DNA from: Pseudomonas sp.
GTDB lineage: Bacteria; Pseudomonadota; Gammaproteobacteria; Pseudomonadales; Pseudomonadaceae
Reading direction: 5' to 3'
Length of the DNA stretch: 58,845 nt
Assembly (NCBI GenBank): GCA_041621875.1
Contig: JBFJZW010000001.1
Coordinates: forward strand, 1 to 58,845
In this document: positions 39,289 through 48,846 of the stretch, one piece after another
Numbering within the stretch: the first letter of the stretch is position 1
Layout: every line of letters begins with the position of its first letter
Notes under the pieces: generated by a model
What the model was told of the DNA's origin: nothing
Database searches by the model: none
The model's input: only the letters and a program-made list of their open reading frames with translations
Program-made: the position numbers and the translations under genes

Positions 39289-40017
39289 CTAGAACGTCTC
39301 AGACCATGGCCGTAGATCCAGCTCATGCACCCAGCAATCGCGCGGCTGGCAGTGGATCTGCCAGTAGGTCTCGGCGATATGCTCGGGGTTGAGGATGCCG
39401 TCCTGCTCCTTGCGCTGATACAGCTCGGGGAAGGTCTCGCGGATAAACGCGGTGTCGATGGCCCCGTCGATGATCGGGTGGGCGACATGGATGCCCTGGG
39501 GGCCGAGTTCGCGGGCCATGCTTTGGGCCAGGGCGCGCAGGGCGAATTTGGCGCTGGCGAAGGCGGAGAAGTTGGCCCGGCCGCGCAGGGATGCGGTGGC
39601 ACCGGTAAAGATGATCGTGCCCTGGCCGCGGGGGAGCATGACCTTGGCGGCTTCGCGGCCGGTGAGAAAGCCGGCCAGGGCGGCCATTTCCCAGACCTTG
39701 CGGTAGACCCGCTCGGTGGTCTCGGTGATGGAAAACTGCACATTGGCACCGATATTGAACACCACCGCATGCAGCGGGCCGACCTCGCGCTCAATCGTGG
39801 CAAACAGCTCGATCACCTGTTCCTCCACCCGCGCATCGCAACCAAAGGCCCGTGCGCTGCCGCCTGCGGCCTCGATTTCGGCTACCAGCGGGCCGAGTTT
39901 ATCGGCATTGCGTCGCGCCACGCAGGCGACATAGCCCTCGCGGGCGAAGCGTTTGGCGATGGCGCCGCCGGTGGCGTCACCGGCACCTACCACCAGGATT
40001 GCTTTGCGTTCGGTCAT
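39289..40017 (-). CDS. Short-chain dehydrogenase/reductase (atypical FxxxK)
   Basis: VVGAGDATG, FNIG, TGATAS and FASAK motifs; start MTERKAIL with a GGAG RBS. Confidence 0.88.
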   Translation of the reverse strand: MTERKAILVVGAGDATGGAIAKRFAREGYVACVARRNADKLGPLVAEIEAAGGSARAFGCDARVEEQVIELFATIEREVGPLHAVVFNIGANVQFSITETTERVYRKVWEMAALAGFLTGREAAKVMLPRGQGTIIFTGATASLRGRANFSAFASAKFALRALAQSMARELGPQGIHVAHPIIDGAIDTAFIRETFPELYQRKEQDGILNPEHIAETYWQIHCQPRDCWVHELDLRPWSETF

Positions 40018-40030
40018 TGCAGTCTCCGTC

Positions 40031-40077
40031 AGTTCTATTTTGGAACCTGGCTTGATAGTCGGTTCCATTTTGGAACC
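40031..40077. promoter_or_regulatory. Two putative HxlR-family operators
   Basis: AGTTCTATTTTGGAACC (40031-40047) and the palindrome GGTTCCA-TTT-TGGAACC (40061-40077), 30 bp apart in the divergent promoter. Confidence 0.7.
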
Positions 40078-40117
40078 TGTCAAGCTATGGTGAGCCATCG
40101 CGGTTGGAGATTGGCTT

Positions 40118-40621
40118 ATGCGTTGGGAAGAACTGGAGCAGCAACCCTGCTCCCTGGCCCGCACCCTGTCGGTGGTGGGGGACCGCTGGACCCTGCTGGT
40201 GCTGCGCGAGAGTTTTCTCGGTATTCGTCGTTTCGACGAGTTCGAAAAGCGCCTGGGCATTACCCGCCATGTGCTGGCCGAACGCCTGAAGAAGCTGGTG
40301 GAGGCACAGGTGCTGGACAAGGTGGCCTATCAGCAGCGCCCCGTGCGCGAGGAATACCGTCTGACGACCAAGGGCCGCGATCTGTATCCGGCCATCATGG
40401 CTCTGGTGAACTGGGGCGACCGCCATATGAGCGGCCCCGAGGGCGCGCCGATTCGGCATATTCACCGCACCTGCGGGCAGTCGATGCATGGCGTGCTGGT
40501 GTGTTCGGACTGTGGTGAGCCACTTGAACCGAGGGATGTGCAGCTGGAGGAAGCTCCGACGCTTAAGGGGCAGCTACTGCCGGCGCACTGGCACGTTCTT
40601 GAGGCTGGAGAGAACCTGTAG
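40118..40621 (+). CDS. HxlR-family winged-helix regulator
   Basis: CSLARTL..VGDRWTLLVLRE, RRFDEF and EYRLT.KG motifs; C-terminal HxxC...CxxC. Confidence 0.9.
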   Translation: MRWEELEQQPCSLARTLSVVGDRWTLLVLRESFLGIRRFDEFEKRLGITRHVLAERLKKLVEAQVLDKVAYQQRPVREEYRLTTKGRDLYPAIMALVNWGDRHMSGPEGAPIRHIHRTCGQSMHGVLVCSDCGEPLEPRDVQLEEAPTLKGQLLPAHWHVLEAGENL

Positions 40622-40684
40622 GCGAACGCCATGGGTGCGAGCGATTTTCCAGATAGCGCTTTTTCGCGGGCATGGCCCGCCACA
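40618..40684. repeat. Degenerate REP doublet (GTAG type)
   Basis: GTAGGCGAACGCCATGGGTGCGA ... TCGCGGGCATGGCCCGCCACA; the GTAG supplies the HxlR stop codon. Confidence 0.55.
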
Positions 40685-40691
40685 GCCTTGG

Positions 40692-41399
40692 CTAAAACAG
40701 GCGCGCCAGCAGGGCGGTAACGGCTGTTTCCACCCGCAGAATCCGCGCGCCCAGCTGCACCGGTTGCAGGCCGGCTTCGGCAAGCTTTTCCACCTCGTAG
40801 GGAATCCAGCCGCCTTCCGGGCCGATGGCCAGGGTCACTGGCTGTTCGACTGCCCGCGGGCAGGCCGGGAAGTCGCCGGGATGGCCAACCAGGCCCAGGG
40901 TACCGGCCGCGATGGCGGGTAGCTGATCTTCAACAAAGGGTTTGAAGCGCTTCTCGATGATCACCTCGGGCAGTACGCTATCGCGGGCCTGCTCCAGGCC
41001 GAGGATCAGCTGTTCGCGAACGGCCGCTGGTTCGAGGAAGGGGGTCTGCCAGAAGCTTTTTTCCACCCGGTAGCTGTTCAGCAGAATCAGCCTGGGCACG
41101 CCCATGGCGCTGACGGTTTGCAGCACGCGGCGCAGCATCTTCGGCCGGGGCAGGGCCAGCAGCAGGGTCAGCGGCAGTTTTTCCGGCGGTGACTGGTCGA
41201 GCCGCACGGAAAGCTCGGCCTGCTCGGCATCCAGACGCAGCAGCTGGCCGCTGCCCATCAGACCATTCAGACGACCGACGCGCAGGCTGTCACCGGCCTC
41301 GGCACGATGCACCTCATGCAGGTGCTTGAGGCGGCGGCCGTTCAGCAGCACGCGGTCGGCGGCGATAAAGTCGCCGTCCTCCAGGAGCAGCAGGTTCAC
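40692..41399 (-). CDS. rsmE: 16S rRNA m3U1498 methyltransferase RsmE family
   Basis: GTG start overlaps the tatC stop; IGPEGG and LG.RILRVETA motifs. Confidence 0.9.
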   Translation of the reverse strand: MNLLLLEDGDFIAADRVLLNGRRLKHLHEVHRAEAGDSLRVGRLNGLMGSGQLLRLDAEQAELSVRLDQSPPEKLPLTLLLALPRPKMLRRVLQTVSAMGVPRLILLNSYRVEKSFWQTPFLEPAAVREQLILGLEQARDSVLPEVIIEKRFKPFVEDQLPAIAAGTLGLVGHPGDFPACPRAVEQPVTLAIGPEGGWIPYEVEKLAEAGLQPVQLGARILRVETAVTALLARLF

Positions 41400-42190
41400 G
41401 GTTGCGCGGCTGGCGGCTGGTCGTGGGGCTCCGACGCAGGGTCTTCGTCGCCGTGCTCGCCGCCGCGCTTGATCAGGCTGCCGCACAGCAGGCCGGCCTC
41501 GAACAGCAGCCACATGGGCACGGCCAGCAGGGTCTGGGAGAACACGTCGGGTGGGGTCAGCACCATGCCCACGGCAAAGCAGCCGACAATCACGTAGGGC
41601 CGGCTCTTGCGCAGGCTGGCGACGTCGACAACACCCACCCAGATCAGCAGAAAGGTGGCAATCGGGATTTCGAAGGCCACACCGAAGGCGAAGAACAGGG
41701 TGAGGACGAAATCCAGGTACTGGCCGATATCGGTCATCATCGCCACGCCTTCCGGGGTCACGCTGGCGAAGAAGCCGAACATGATCGGGAACACCACGAA
41801 GTAGGCGAAGGCCATGCCGCCGTAGAACAGCAGGATGCTGGAGATCAGCAGGGGGATGGCGATGCGCTTCTCGTGCTTGTACAGGCCCGGCGCGATAAAG
41901 CCCCAGATCTGATGCAGGATGATCGGGATCGCCAGGAACAGCGCGACCATCAGCGTCAGCTTGAACGGGGTGAGAAACGGCGAGGCCACCCCGGTGGCGA
42001 TCATGGTCGCGCCTTCGGGCAGATAGGCGCGCAGCGGTGCGGCGACCAGGGCGTAGATGTCCTGGGAGAAATAGAACAGCCCGGCAAACAGCGTGAATAC
42101 CGCCGCAACAATACGCAACAGGCGCGTGCGTAGTTCGGTCAGGTGCGAGACCAAGGGCATTTCCTGATCGCTGTCCGGTCGTTGGCTCAT
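41396..42190 (-). CDS. tatC: Twin-arginine translocase TatC
   Basis: [19 protein letters not shown] and TPPD..SQ motifs. Confidence 0.97.
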   Translation of the reverse strand: MSQRPDSDQEMPLVSHLTELRTRLLRIVAAVFTLFAGLFYFSQDIYALVAAPLRAYLPEGATMIATGVASPFLTPFKLTLMVALFLAIPIILHQIWGFIAPGLYKHEKRIAIPLLISSILLFYGGMAFAYFVVFPIMFGFFASVTPEGVAMMTDIGQYLDFVLTLFFAFGVAFEIPIATFLLIWVGVVDVASLRKSRPYVIVGCFAVGMVLTPPDVFSQTLLAVPMWLLFEAGLLCGSLIKRGGEHGDEDPASEPHDQPPAAQP

Positions 42191-42543
42191 GGCTGCGGGC
42201 TTTTATCCTGGCGGGTGCTGGTATCAGTGGCGGCGGTCGGTTCTGCTGCGGGGGGCGCGGCCGGGCTCGGCTCGGTGAGGTTGCCGAGGGGCGCGTTGAG
42301 GGTCTGCTTCATCGCGTTCATTTCGCGCTCGAGGTCGAGAATCTGCTCGTTATGCAGTTGCCGACGGATTTCGTCTGCACCGATCTCGCGCTCGACCTCG
42401 GCCTTGATCGCGCTGAAGCTGCGCTTGATCCGGCCGATCCACAGGCCGGCGGTGCGCACCGCGCCCGGCAGGCGATCGGGCCCCAATACGATTAGGGCGA
42501 CCACGCCGATCAGCAGCAGCTCGGTAAAGCCGATATCGAACAT
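42187..42543 (-). CDS. tatB: TatB
   Basis: [10 protein letters not shown]...LGPDRLP. Confidence 0.96.
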   Translation of the reverse strand: MFDIGFTELLLIGVVALIVLGPDRLPGAVRTAGLWIGRIKRSFSAIKAEVEREIGADEIRRQLHNEQILDLEREMNAMKQTLNAPLGNLTEPSPAAPPAAEPTAATDTSTRQDKSPQP

Positions 42544-42546
42544 GGC

Positions 42547-42780
42547 TTAGTCTTTTTTCGCCGGTTCTTCGACCTTGCGCGCCTGGGCGTCGATGGTCTG
42601 GCCCTTGGACTCGTCCACCGCCGGCTTGTCGCCGTCTTCGTTGCCCATGGACTTCTTGAAGCCCTTGATCGCATCACCCAGGTCGGAACCCAGGCCCTTG
42701 AGGCGCTTGGTGCCGAACAGCATGACCACAATCAACAGGATGATCACCAGTTGCCAGATGCTAATGCCACCGAATCCCAT
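42547..42780 (-). CDS. tatA: TatA
   Basis: ISIWQL...LFGTKRL..LGSDLG.AIKGFKK. Confidence 0.96.
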   Translation of the reverse strand: MGFGGISIWQLVIILLIVVMLFGTKRLKGLGSDLGDAIKGFKKSMGNEDGDKPAVDESKGQTIDAQARKVEEPAKKD

Positions 42781-42804
42781 GATGCGTACTCCGTAGGTAG
42801 TTGA

Positions 42805-43152
42805 TCAGTTTTGCGGGCGTGCGGCTTTTTCCGCGTGCCCGGACAGGCCGAAGCGTCGATCCAGTTCGTCCAGTACGGCCTGGGGGTGCTGGCCGAGTGC
42901 GGCGAGCATGACCAGGCTGTGGAACCAGAGGTCGGCGGTTTCGTAAATCACATCGCTGCAGTCACCGCTGACGGCAGCGTCCTTGGCGGCGAGAATGGTT
43001 TCCACCGATTCCTCGCCAACCTTTTCCAGAATCTTGTTCAGACCCTTATGGTACAGGCTGGCGACATAGGAGCTGTCGGCGGCCGCGCCCTTGCGCGACT
43101 CCAGCACTTCGGCCAGGCGGCTCAGGGTGTCGGTCATGGCCGTGTCACTCAT
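42805..43152 (-). CDS. hisE: Phosphoribosyl-ATP pyrophosphatase
   Basis: [14 protein letters not shown] and YETADLWFH motifs. Two candidate starts 15 bp apart. Confidence 0.95.
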   Translation of the reverse strand: MSDTAMTDTLSRLAEVLESRKGAAADSSYVASLYHKGLNKILEKVGEESVETILAAKDAAVSGDCSDVIYETADLWFHSLVMLAALGQHPQAVLDELDRRFGLSGHAEKAARPQN

Positions 43153-43546
43153 GTTTGTGTCCCGGGTTGTAGATGGCATGCGGGTCTTTCAGCACCGCAT
43201 CGACGGTTTTCCACTCGGCGTTTTCATAGACGCGGTAGAAGCAGCTTTCACGCCCGGTGTGGCAGGCGATGCCGCCCAGTTGCTCGACCATCAGGATGAC
43301 CACGTCGGCGTCGCAGTCCAGGCGCAGCTCGTGGAGTTTCTGTATATGGCCGGACTCTTCGCCCTTGCGCCACAGCTTACCGCGCGAGCGTGACCAGTAG
43401 ATGGCGCGCTGCTCGGCGGCAGTCAGGGCCAGGGCTTCGCGGTTCATCCAGGCCATCATCAGCACGCGGCCGGTTTTGTAGTCCTGGGCAATTGCCGGTA
43501 CCAGGCCGTCGGCGTTCCAGTTGATTTCGTCGAGCCAGTCAGTCAT
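43145..43546 (-). CDS. hisI: Phosphoribosyl-AMP cyclohydrolase
   Basis: [22 protein letters not shown] and ACHTG..SCF motifs. Confidence 0.96.
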   Translation of the reverse strand: MTDWLDEINWNADGLVPAIAQDYKTGRVLMMAWMNREALALTAAEQRAIYWSRSRGKLWRKGEESGHIQKLHELRLDCDADVVILMVEQLGGIACHTGRESCFYRVYENAEWKTVDAVLKDPHAIYNPGHKHE

Positions 43547-43611
43547 CGCTATTTCCGCCCACTCGGGCTGCTGGGTTATGGGGCTAGTGTGCCAGTGCGC
43601 AACCGGTGTGG

Positions 43612-45201
43612 CTATCGGCGCAGCACCAGGTAGACGCCGCCGGCGAGCATCGCCCAGCTCGGCCAGAGCAGCAGGCTGAGGGCCAGGCCCTGGCTCACCG
43701 CGCCGCCGATCAGCACGGCACCGAGCAGGCGTGCTGGCCATTGGCGGCTGCGGCCGGGTTCGGTCGCGCGTGCGGCCGGTTGCTGGTTGAGCCGCTCCAG
43801 GGTGTCGCGGGCGATCTGCGACAGGTGCGGCACCTGCTCGGCCTGCTGCTGCAGGTTGCGCAGCAGGTGCAGCGGGCTGATGCGCTCGCGCATCCAGCGT
43901 TCGAGGAAGGGCTGGGCGGTACTCCACAGATCCAGGTCCGGGTACAGCTGGCGACCCAGGCCCTCGATATTGAGCAGGGTCTTCTGCAGCAGTACCAGCT
44001 GCGGCTGCACTTCCATATTGAAGCGCCGGGCGGTCTGGAACAGGCGCAGCAGCAGCTGGCCGAAGGAGATGTCTTTTAGCGGCTTCTCGAAGATCGGCTC
44101 GCACACGGTGCGGATCGCCGCCTCGAAGTCATTCACCTTGGTCTCGGCGGGCACCCAGCCGGAGTCGATATGCAACTGCGCCACGCGGCGGTAATCGCGT
44201 TTGAAGAAGGCGATCAGGTTGCGCGCCAGATAGTCCTGGTCCTCGTCGGTGAGGCTGCCGATGATGCCGCAGTCGATGGCGATGTACTGCGGGTTCCATG
44301 GCGTGCGGGTGCTGACAAAGATATTGCCGGGGTGCATGTCGGCATGGAAGAAGCTGTCGCGGAACACCTGGGTGAAGAAGATTTCCACGCCGCGCTCGGC
44401 CAACAGCTTCATATCGGTGCGCTGGTCGGCCAGGGTTTCCAGGTCGGTAACCTGGATGCCGTAGATGCGCTCCATCACCAGCACCTTCGGTCGGCACAGG
44501 TCCCAGTACACCTGGGGTACGTAGAGCAGCGGCGAACCCTCGAAGTTGCGTCGCAGCTGGCTGGCGTTGGCCGCTTCGCGCAGCAGGTCGAGCTCGTCGT
44601 AGATGGTCTTCTCGTAGTCGCTGACAATCTCCATTGGACGCAGGCGGCGGGCGTCGGCCGAGGCCTTCTCGGCCAGCCTGGCGAGCAGGAACAGCCAGGC
44701 AATGTCCTGCCCGATCACCGGCTTGAGGCCAGGGCGGATCACCTTGACCACCACTTCTTCGCCGCTTTTCAGCTGCGCCCCGTGCACCTGGGCGACCGAG
44801 GCGGAAGCCAGCGGCTGGGCGTCGAAGCGGGCAAATACTTCGCCGACCTTGGCCCCCAGTTGCGCCTCGATCAGCGCCAGCGAGTGAGCCGGGTCGAAGG
44901 GCGGTACCTGATCCTGCAGCTTGGCCAGCTCGTCGGCGATATCCGCCGGCAGCAGGTCGCGGCGGGTCGACAGCAGCTGGCCGAATTTGATAAAGATCGG
45001 CCCCAGCTCTTCCAGGGCCAGGCGCAGGCGCGCGCCGCGGCTCAGATGCAGGTTGCGCCGCGGCAGCCAGCGCCAGGGCAGCAGGGCGCTGAGCATGCGC
45101 AGCCAGAGGGGCACCGGCAGGGCCAGCAGCAGGTCGTCGAGTTGGTAGCGGATGATGACCCGCTGGATACGGAACAGGCGGCGAACGGCAAGCAGCGTCA
45201 T
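43612..45201 (-). CDS. ubiB: Ubiquinone biosynthesis kinase-like protein UbiB
   Basis: [22 protein letters not shown] and FHADMHPGN motifs. Confidence 0.96.
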   Translation of the reverse strand: MTLLAVRRLFRIQRVIIRYQLDDLLLALPVPLWLRMLSALLPWRWLPRRNLHLSRGARLRLALEELGPIFIKFGQLLSTRRDLLPADIADELAKLQDQVPPFDPAHSLALIEAQLGAKVGEVFARFDAQPLASASVAQVHGAQLKSGEEVVVKVIRPGLKPVIGQDIAWLFLLARLAEKASADARRLRPMEIVSDYEKTIYDELDLLREAANASQLRRNFEGSPLLYVPQVYWDLCRPKVLVMERIYGIQVTDLETLADQRTDMKLLAERGVEIFFTQVFRDSFFHADMHPGNIFVSTRTPWNPQYIAIDCGIIGSLTDEDQDYLARNLIAFFKRDYRRVAQLHIDSGWVPAETKVNDFEAAIRTVCEPIFEKPLKDISFGQLLLRLFQTARRFNMEVQPQLVLLQKTLLNIEGLGRQLYPDLDLWSTAQPFLERWMRERISPLHLLRNLQQQAEQVPHLSQIARDTLERLNQQPAARATEPGRSRQWPARLLGAVLIGGAVSQGLALSLLLWPSWAMLAGGVYLVLRR

Positions 45202-45815
45202 GACTGGGGCTTATGCGGTTGGGCGAGGCGCTCGATGCGCGCGTCGAGACGGTCGAGGGCCAGCTTGAGGTTATCCAGCTCGGCGAAGCGCGCATCGGCT
45301 TCGCGCTGGCCCACCAGGCTGCGGGATTCTTCGCTGAGGTAGTCGGCCAGGTTCAGACGCAGGCTGTCGAGGGCCTGACTGCCCCAGTTCACCCGGCTGC
45401 GCAGATGGCCGCCGAGCAGCTGGCTGCCCACCGGACCGAGCCAGCGCGCCAGCTCGTATTCCCAGTCCAGCTCCAGGTCCTGGAGGATGCCGGACAGCTC
45501 CAGCAGGGCGGCGCTGTCGCCCTCCAGGCTGACTTCCGGGCTGTGCAGGATGCGCGTCTTGTCCTTGCTGGTGGCCAGGCGCAGCAGGCTGGCGGCGGGG
45601 GCGCGCAGGCGGCAGTCGGCCGGGTCTTCCCACTGCGCGGCCAGTTGCAAGCCAGTGGCGCTGGGCAGGATAAACAGCTGCAGGTTCGGCGCGGCACACT
45701 CCACGGCGATCACCCGGCCGCTCAGGCGGGCCAGGCGTGGCAGCGCGGTGCTGTCCATGGCCAGTACCCGATTGAGGCCGCGTTCGACCCCGGCATACAG
45801 CCCAGTGAGTAACAT
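45198..45815 (-). CDS. ubiJ: UbiJ (SCP2 domain)
   Basis: Lies between ubiE and ubiB; LDWE..L, YLSEE and a C-terminal coiled coil. Confidence 0.9.
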   Translation of the reverse strand: MLLTGLYAGVERGLNRVLAMDSTALPRLARLSGRVIAVECAAPNLQLFILPSATGLQLAAQWEDPADCRLRAPAASLLRLATSKDKTRILHSPEVSLEGDSAALLELSGILQDLELDWEYELARWLGPVGSQLLGGHLRSRVNWGSQALDSLRLNLADYLSEESRSLVGQREADARFAELDNLKLALDRLDARIERLAQPHKPQS

Positions 45816-46585
45816 CAGGGTTTGATGCCGCGGTGCAGGGCGACGATGCCGCCGGTCATATTGTGGTAGGTCACGCGCTCGAAGCCAGCCTCGACCATCA
45901 TCGCCTTGAGGGTGTCCTGATCGGGGTGCATACGGATCGATTCGGCCAGGTAGCGATAGCTCTCGGCGTCGTTGCTGATCAGCTTGCCGGCCAGCGGCAT
46001 GAACTTGAAGGAATAGGCGTCGTAGAACTTCGACAGCAGCTCGCTGGACGGCTTGGAGAACTCCAGCACCAGCAGGCGGCCGCCGGGTTTGAGCACGCGC
46101 AGCATGGAACGCAGGGCGTCTTCCTTGTGCGTCACGTTGCGCAGGCCGAAGGCGATGGTCACCACGTCGAAGTGGTTATCCGGGAAGGGCAGCTTCTCGG
46201 CGTCGGCCTGGACGAAGCTGACGTTGCCGGCCACGCCCTTGTCGAGCAGACGGTCACGGCCGACGCGCAGCATCGATTCGTTGATATCGGCCAGCACCAC
46301 TTCGCCGGTCGGGCCGACCAGGGCGGAGAACTTGCGGGTCAGGTCGCCCGTACCGCCGGCGATATCCAGCACCCGATTGCCCGGACGCACGCCCGACAGT
46401 TCGATGGTGAAGCGCTTCCACAGGCGATGCAGGCCGCCGGACAGCACGTCGTTCATCAGGTCGTACTTGGCCGCTACCGAGTGAAAGACTTCGGCGACTT
46501 TTTCCGCCTTCTGGCTTTCCGGCACGTTCTGGAAGCCGAAGTGGGTGGTGGGTTCGCTGTCGTTGCTCTTGCGCGGGTCGTTCAT
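45815..46585 (-). CDS. ubiE: Ubiquinone/menaquinone C-methyltransferase UbiE
   Basis: THFGF, YDLMND.LS.G.HRLWK and LDIAGGTGD motifs. Confidence 0.98.
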   Translation of the reverse strand: MNDPRKSNDSEPTTHFGFQNVPESQKAEKVAEVFHSVAAKYDLMNDVLSGGLHRLWKRFTIELSGVRPGNRVLDIAGGTGDLTRKFSALVGPTGEVVLADINESMLRVGRDRLLDKGVAGNVSFVQADAEKLPFPDNHFDVVTIAFGLRNVTHKEDALRSMLRVLKPGGRLLVLEFSKPSSELLSKFYDAYSFKFMPLAGKLISNDAESYRYLAESIRMHPDQDTLKAMMVEAGFERVTYHNMTGGIVALHRGIKP

Positions 46586-46793
46586 CTTGCCCTTTCCCTT
46601 AACAGAGAGGCGGAATCAAAGTGGCGGCCATTCTAAACCTAAAAGGTCGCCATGGGCTTCACGCCACACGCTTCGAGTAAACCTTTGCGAGGACTCGGAC
46701 GGCGGCAGGACGATGCGCCTGCAGCTTGCCACGCGCAGCCTTGCTATAGTCGCAGCGACCTAAGGTCGCAGTTAACTGGCGAGGAGAAAGGCC

Positions 46794-47072
46794 ATGGCCA
46801 AAATCAATATCGAGCGCGCCCATTGCCTGGGGCGCGAAGTCGCCCGGGAGAAGGCCGAGGAGCTGGCCGAGCGCCTGGCCCGTGAATACGACGTGCGCTA
46901 TCGCTGGAATGGCGACAGCCTGGAGTTCAAACGCAGCGGTGCCGATGGGCGCATCGACGTGGCCGAGGACAGCGTGCGCGTGCAGCTCAACCTGGGGCTG
47001 TTGCTGTCGGCCATGAGCGGCAGTATCAAACGCGAGATCGAAGAGGTGCTGGACAAGAATCTGCAGGCTTGA
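46794..47072 (+). CDS. Polyhydroxyalkanoic acid system protein (PHA_gran_rgn family)
   Basis: I.IERAH.LG, W.GD.L.FKRSG; adjacent to phaI. Confidence 0.85.
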   Translation: MAKINIERAHCLGREVAREKAEELAERLAREYDVRYRWNGDSLEFKRSGADGRIDVAEDSVRVQLNLGLLLSAMSGSIKREIEEVLDKNLQA

Positions 47073-47107
47073 GGCTTATGTCTCGGTGCTGAGTTGCACA
47101 CAGCCTT

Positions 47108-47271
47108 GTAGGGTGGGTTAGTGGCGCTGAGCGGAACCTGCCAGTCGGCAGCATAGTGCGCGCGCCACTTAACCCACCAGGCGCTAGTCGGTCTGCCACA
47201 GCTGGTGGGTTACGGCGCAACTGATCTTGGCGCGAGCAGATAATCCGTGGTTTGCGCCTAACCCACCCTGC
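47108..47271. repeat. Long REP doublet (GTAG type)
   Basis: GTAGGGTGGGTTAG..TAACCCACC ... GGTGGGTTA..TAACCCACCCTGC; two large stem-loops in inverted orientation. Confidence 0.8.
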
Positions 47272-47280
47272 TTTCCGCGA

Positions 47281-47458
47281 CGTTAAACATGGCTCCTGGC
47301 GGTTTTTGATGGCTTGCGATCCATGGCAGCCACCCTTCGGGCCGTTGCTGCGTAACGTTAAAAACTGCTCCAGGCAGTTTTTGATGGCTTGCCATCCCTG
47401 GCAGCCACCCTTTGGGCCGTTGCTGCGCAACGTTAAAAACTGCTCCAGGCAGTTTTTT
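47281..47458. repeat. 75-bp tandem repeat (~2.4 copies), four hairpins per unit
   Basis: Units start at 47281, 47356 and 47431 (CGTTAAA...). Confidence 0.92.
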
Positions 47459-47464
47459 CTTACG

Positions 47465-47484
47465 CTTAGTATGCGGTTTCTAAT
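47465..47484. promoter_or_regulatory. Putative PhaD operator at the phaI promoter
   Basis: cTTAGT-N8-TCTAAt, same geometry as 54482-54501. Matches the inverted half-sites separated by 8 bp that I recall for P. putida PhaD. Confidence 0.7.
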
Positions 47485-47556
47485 TTTCATCGATACCGTG
47501 CAGCTAAGCCTGCATCCCGTGGGCGTTTCCTCGAAACACTTAGAGTGAGGTGCACC

Positions 47557-47997
47557 ATGTCGAAAGTTGCCGTTAAAAAGAAAGCCGAAGTCGAAGAAGC
47601 CGTTACCGTGCTGAGCGACGTTAAAGTTTATGCCCGCAAGATCTGGCTGGCTGGCCTGGGTGCCTACGCCAAAGCCGGCCAAGAGGGTGCCGAGTATTTC
47701 AAGGAGCTCGTCAAGAGCGGAGAAGGCGTTGAAAAACAAGGCAAAAAGCTGGTCAACGAACAGGTTGAAGCAGCCAACAGCCAGATCGACAGCGTCAAGA
47801 GCACTGTCACCAGCAACGTCAGCAGCGTGAAAGGCAAAGTTGAAGTGCAGCTCGACAAGATCGAGAAGGCTTTCGACAACCGTGTAGCCAGCGCCCTGAA
47901 CCGCATTGGTATCCCGTCCAAGCAGGATGTTGAAGCACTCTCTGCTAAGCTGGATGAGCTGAGCGCGTTGCTCGAGCACGTCGCGCGTACCAAATAA
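47557..47997 (+). CDS. phaI: Phasin PhaI
   Basis: ARKIWLAGLGAY and FDNRVASALNRIGIPS; GAGG RBS. Confidence 0.93.
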   Translation: MSKVAVKKKAEVEEAVTVLSDVKVYARKIWLAGLGAYAKAGQEGAEYFKELVKSGEGVEKQGKKLVNEQVEAANSQIDSVKSTVTSNVSSVKGKVEVQLDKIEKAFDNRVASALNRIGIPSKQDVEALSAKLDELSALLEHVARTK

Positions 47998-48007
47998 GGA
48001 GAGCAGG

Positions 48008-48775
48008 ATGGCTGTCAAAAAGAAAACCGAAAAGCAAACCACTTCCTGGATCGGTGAAGTAGAAAAATACTCGCGTCAGATCTGGTTGGCTGGTTTGGGT
48101 GCCTACTCCAAGGTCAGCAAGGACGGCAACAAGCTGTTCGACACGCTGGTCAAGGACGGCGAAAAAGCCGAGAAGCTGGCCAAGACCGAAGTCGACAAGC
48201 AAGTGGGTGCCGTGAAGTCCACCGTGGGTTCGAAAGTCGACACCGCCAAGTCGCGCGTCGACGAGGTCAAGGACAAGGCGCTGGGCAAGTGGGGCGAGCT
48301 GGAAGAGGCCTTCGACAAGCGATTGAACAACGCCATTTCGCGCCTCGGCGTACCGAGCCGCAATGAAGTGAAGGCGCTCAACGCCAAGGTCGAAAGCCTG
48401 ACCAAGCAGATCGAGCAACTGACCGGTGTATCGGTCAAGTCGGTCAAGCCAGCGGCCAAGAAGGTTGCGGCCAAGCCAGCTGCCAAGCCTGTGGCAAAAG
48501 CAGCGGCTAAGCCGGCTGCCAAGCCTGCGGTCAAAGCAGCAGCCAAGCCGGCCGCCAAGCCTGCGGTCAAAGCAGCAGCTAAGCCTGCCGCCAAGCCTGC
48601 GGTCAAGGCAGCAGCCAAGCCGGCCGCTAAGCCTGCCGCCAAGCCAGCAGTCAAGGCCGCCGCCAAGCCTGTAGCTGCCAAGCCTGCTGCTGTGGCTCCG
48701 GCCGTTGCCGCGGCTCCTGCTCCGGCTGCCGCACCTGTAGCCCCTGCACCAGTAACACCTGCCAGCCAGTCGTAA
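48008..48775 (+). CDS. phaF: Phasin PhaF with histone-H1-like AAKP tail
   Basis: SRQIWLAGLGAY, RLGVPSRNE and C-terminal AAKP repeats. Confidence 0.95.
   Translation: MAVKKKTEKQTTSWIGEVEKYSRQIWLAGLGAYSKVSKDGNKLFDTLVKDGEKAEKLAKTEVDKQVGAVKSTVGSKVDTAKSRVDEVKDKALGKWGELEEAFDKRLNNAISRLGVPSRNEVKALNAKVESLTKQIEQLTGVSVKSVKPAAKKVAAKPAAKPVAKAAAKPAAKPAVKAAAKPAAKPAVKAAAKPAAKPAVKAAAKPAAKPAAKPAVKAAAKPVAAKPAAVAPAVAAAPAPAAAPVAPAPVTPASQS
48445..48690 (+). repeat. Coding tandem repeat (36-bp units, AAKPAAKPAVKA) in phaF
   Basis: Repeated GCCAAGCCTGCGGTCAA(A/G)GCAGCAGC. Confidence 0.9.
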
Positions 48776-48792
48776 GACCCGCAGCAGTAATC

Positions 48793-48827
48793 GCAAACGC
48801 CCGGCCTAGTGCCGGGCGGTTGCGTTT
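48793..48827 (+). terminator. Terminator hairpin between convergent phaF and phaD
   Basis: CGCCCGGC-CTAGT-GCCGGGCG followed by GTTGCGTTT. Confidence 0.65.
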
Positions 48828-48846
48828 GTGGCGCAGCGGCCCCGTT

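Noticed and set aside
30879-44104. Long N-terminal extensions or fusions suggested by the ORF track (KS to 32321, SDR to 40320, RsmE to 41513, HisI to 44104; also DUF3999 from 18207 and HslV to 57082)
   Set aside because: The extensions overlap neighbouring genes or promoters. Shorter starts with an RBS or stop-start coupling give family-typical lengths.
47281-47458. CRISPR array: the 28-bp CGTTAAAAACTGCTCCAGGCAGTTTTT segment superficially resembles a type I-F repeat stem (CTGC..GCAG)
   Set aside because: The two 47-bp would-be spacers are nearly identical to each other, and there are no cas genes or AT-rich leader. It is a tandem repeat.
47026-48042. ORFs 47026..48042(-) and 47252..47548(+) with repeated peptides
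   Set aside because: They are read-throughs of the REP and 75-bp repeats, or antisense to phaI, with no RBS or protein-like features.
48445-48690. PhaF AAKP repeats as a novel repeat system
   Set aside because: This is the well-known histone-H1-like DNA-binding tail of PhaF.
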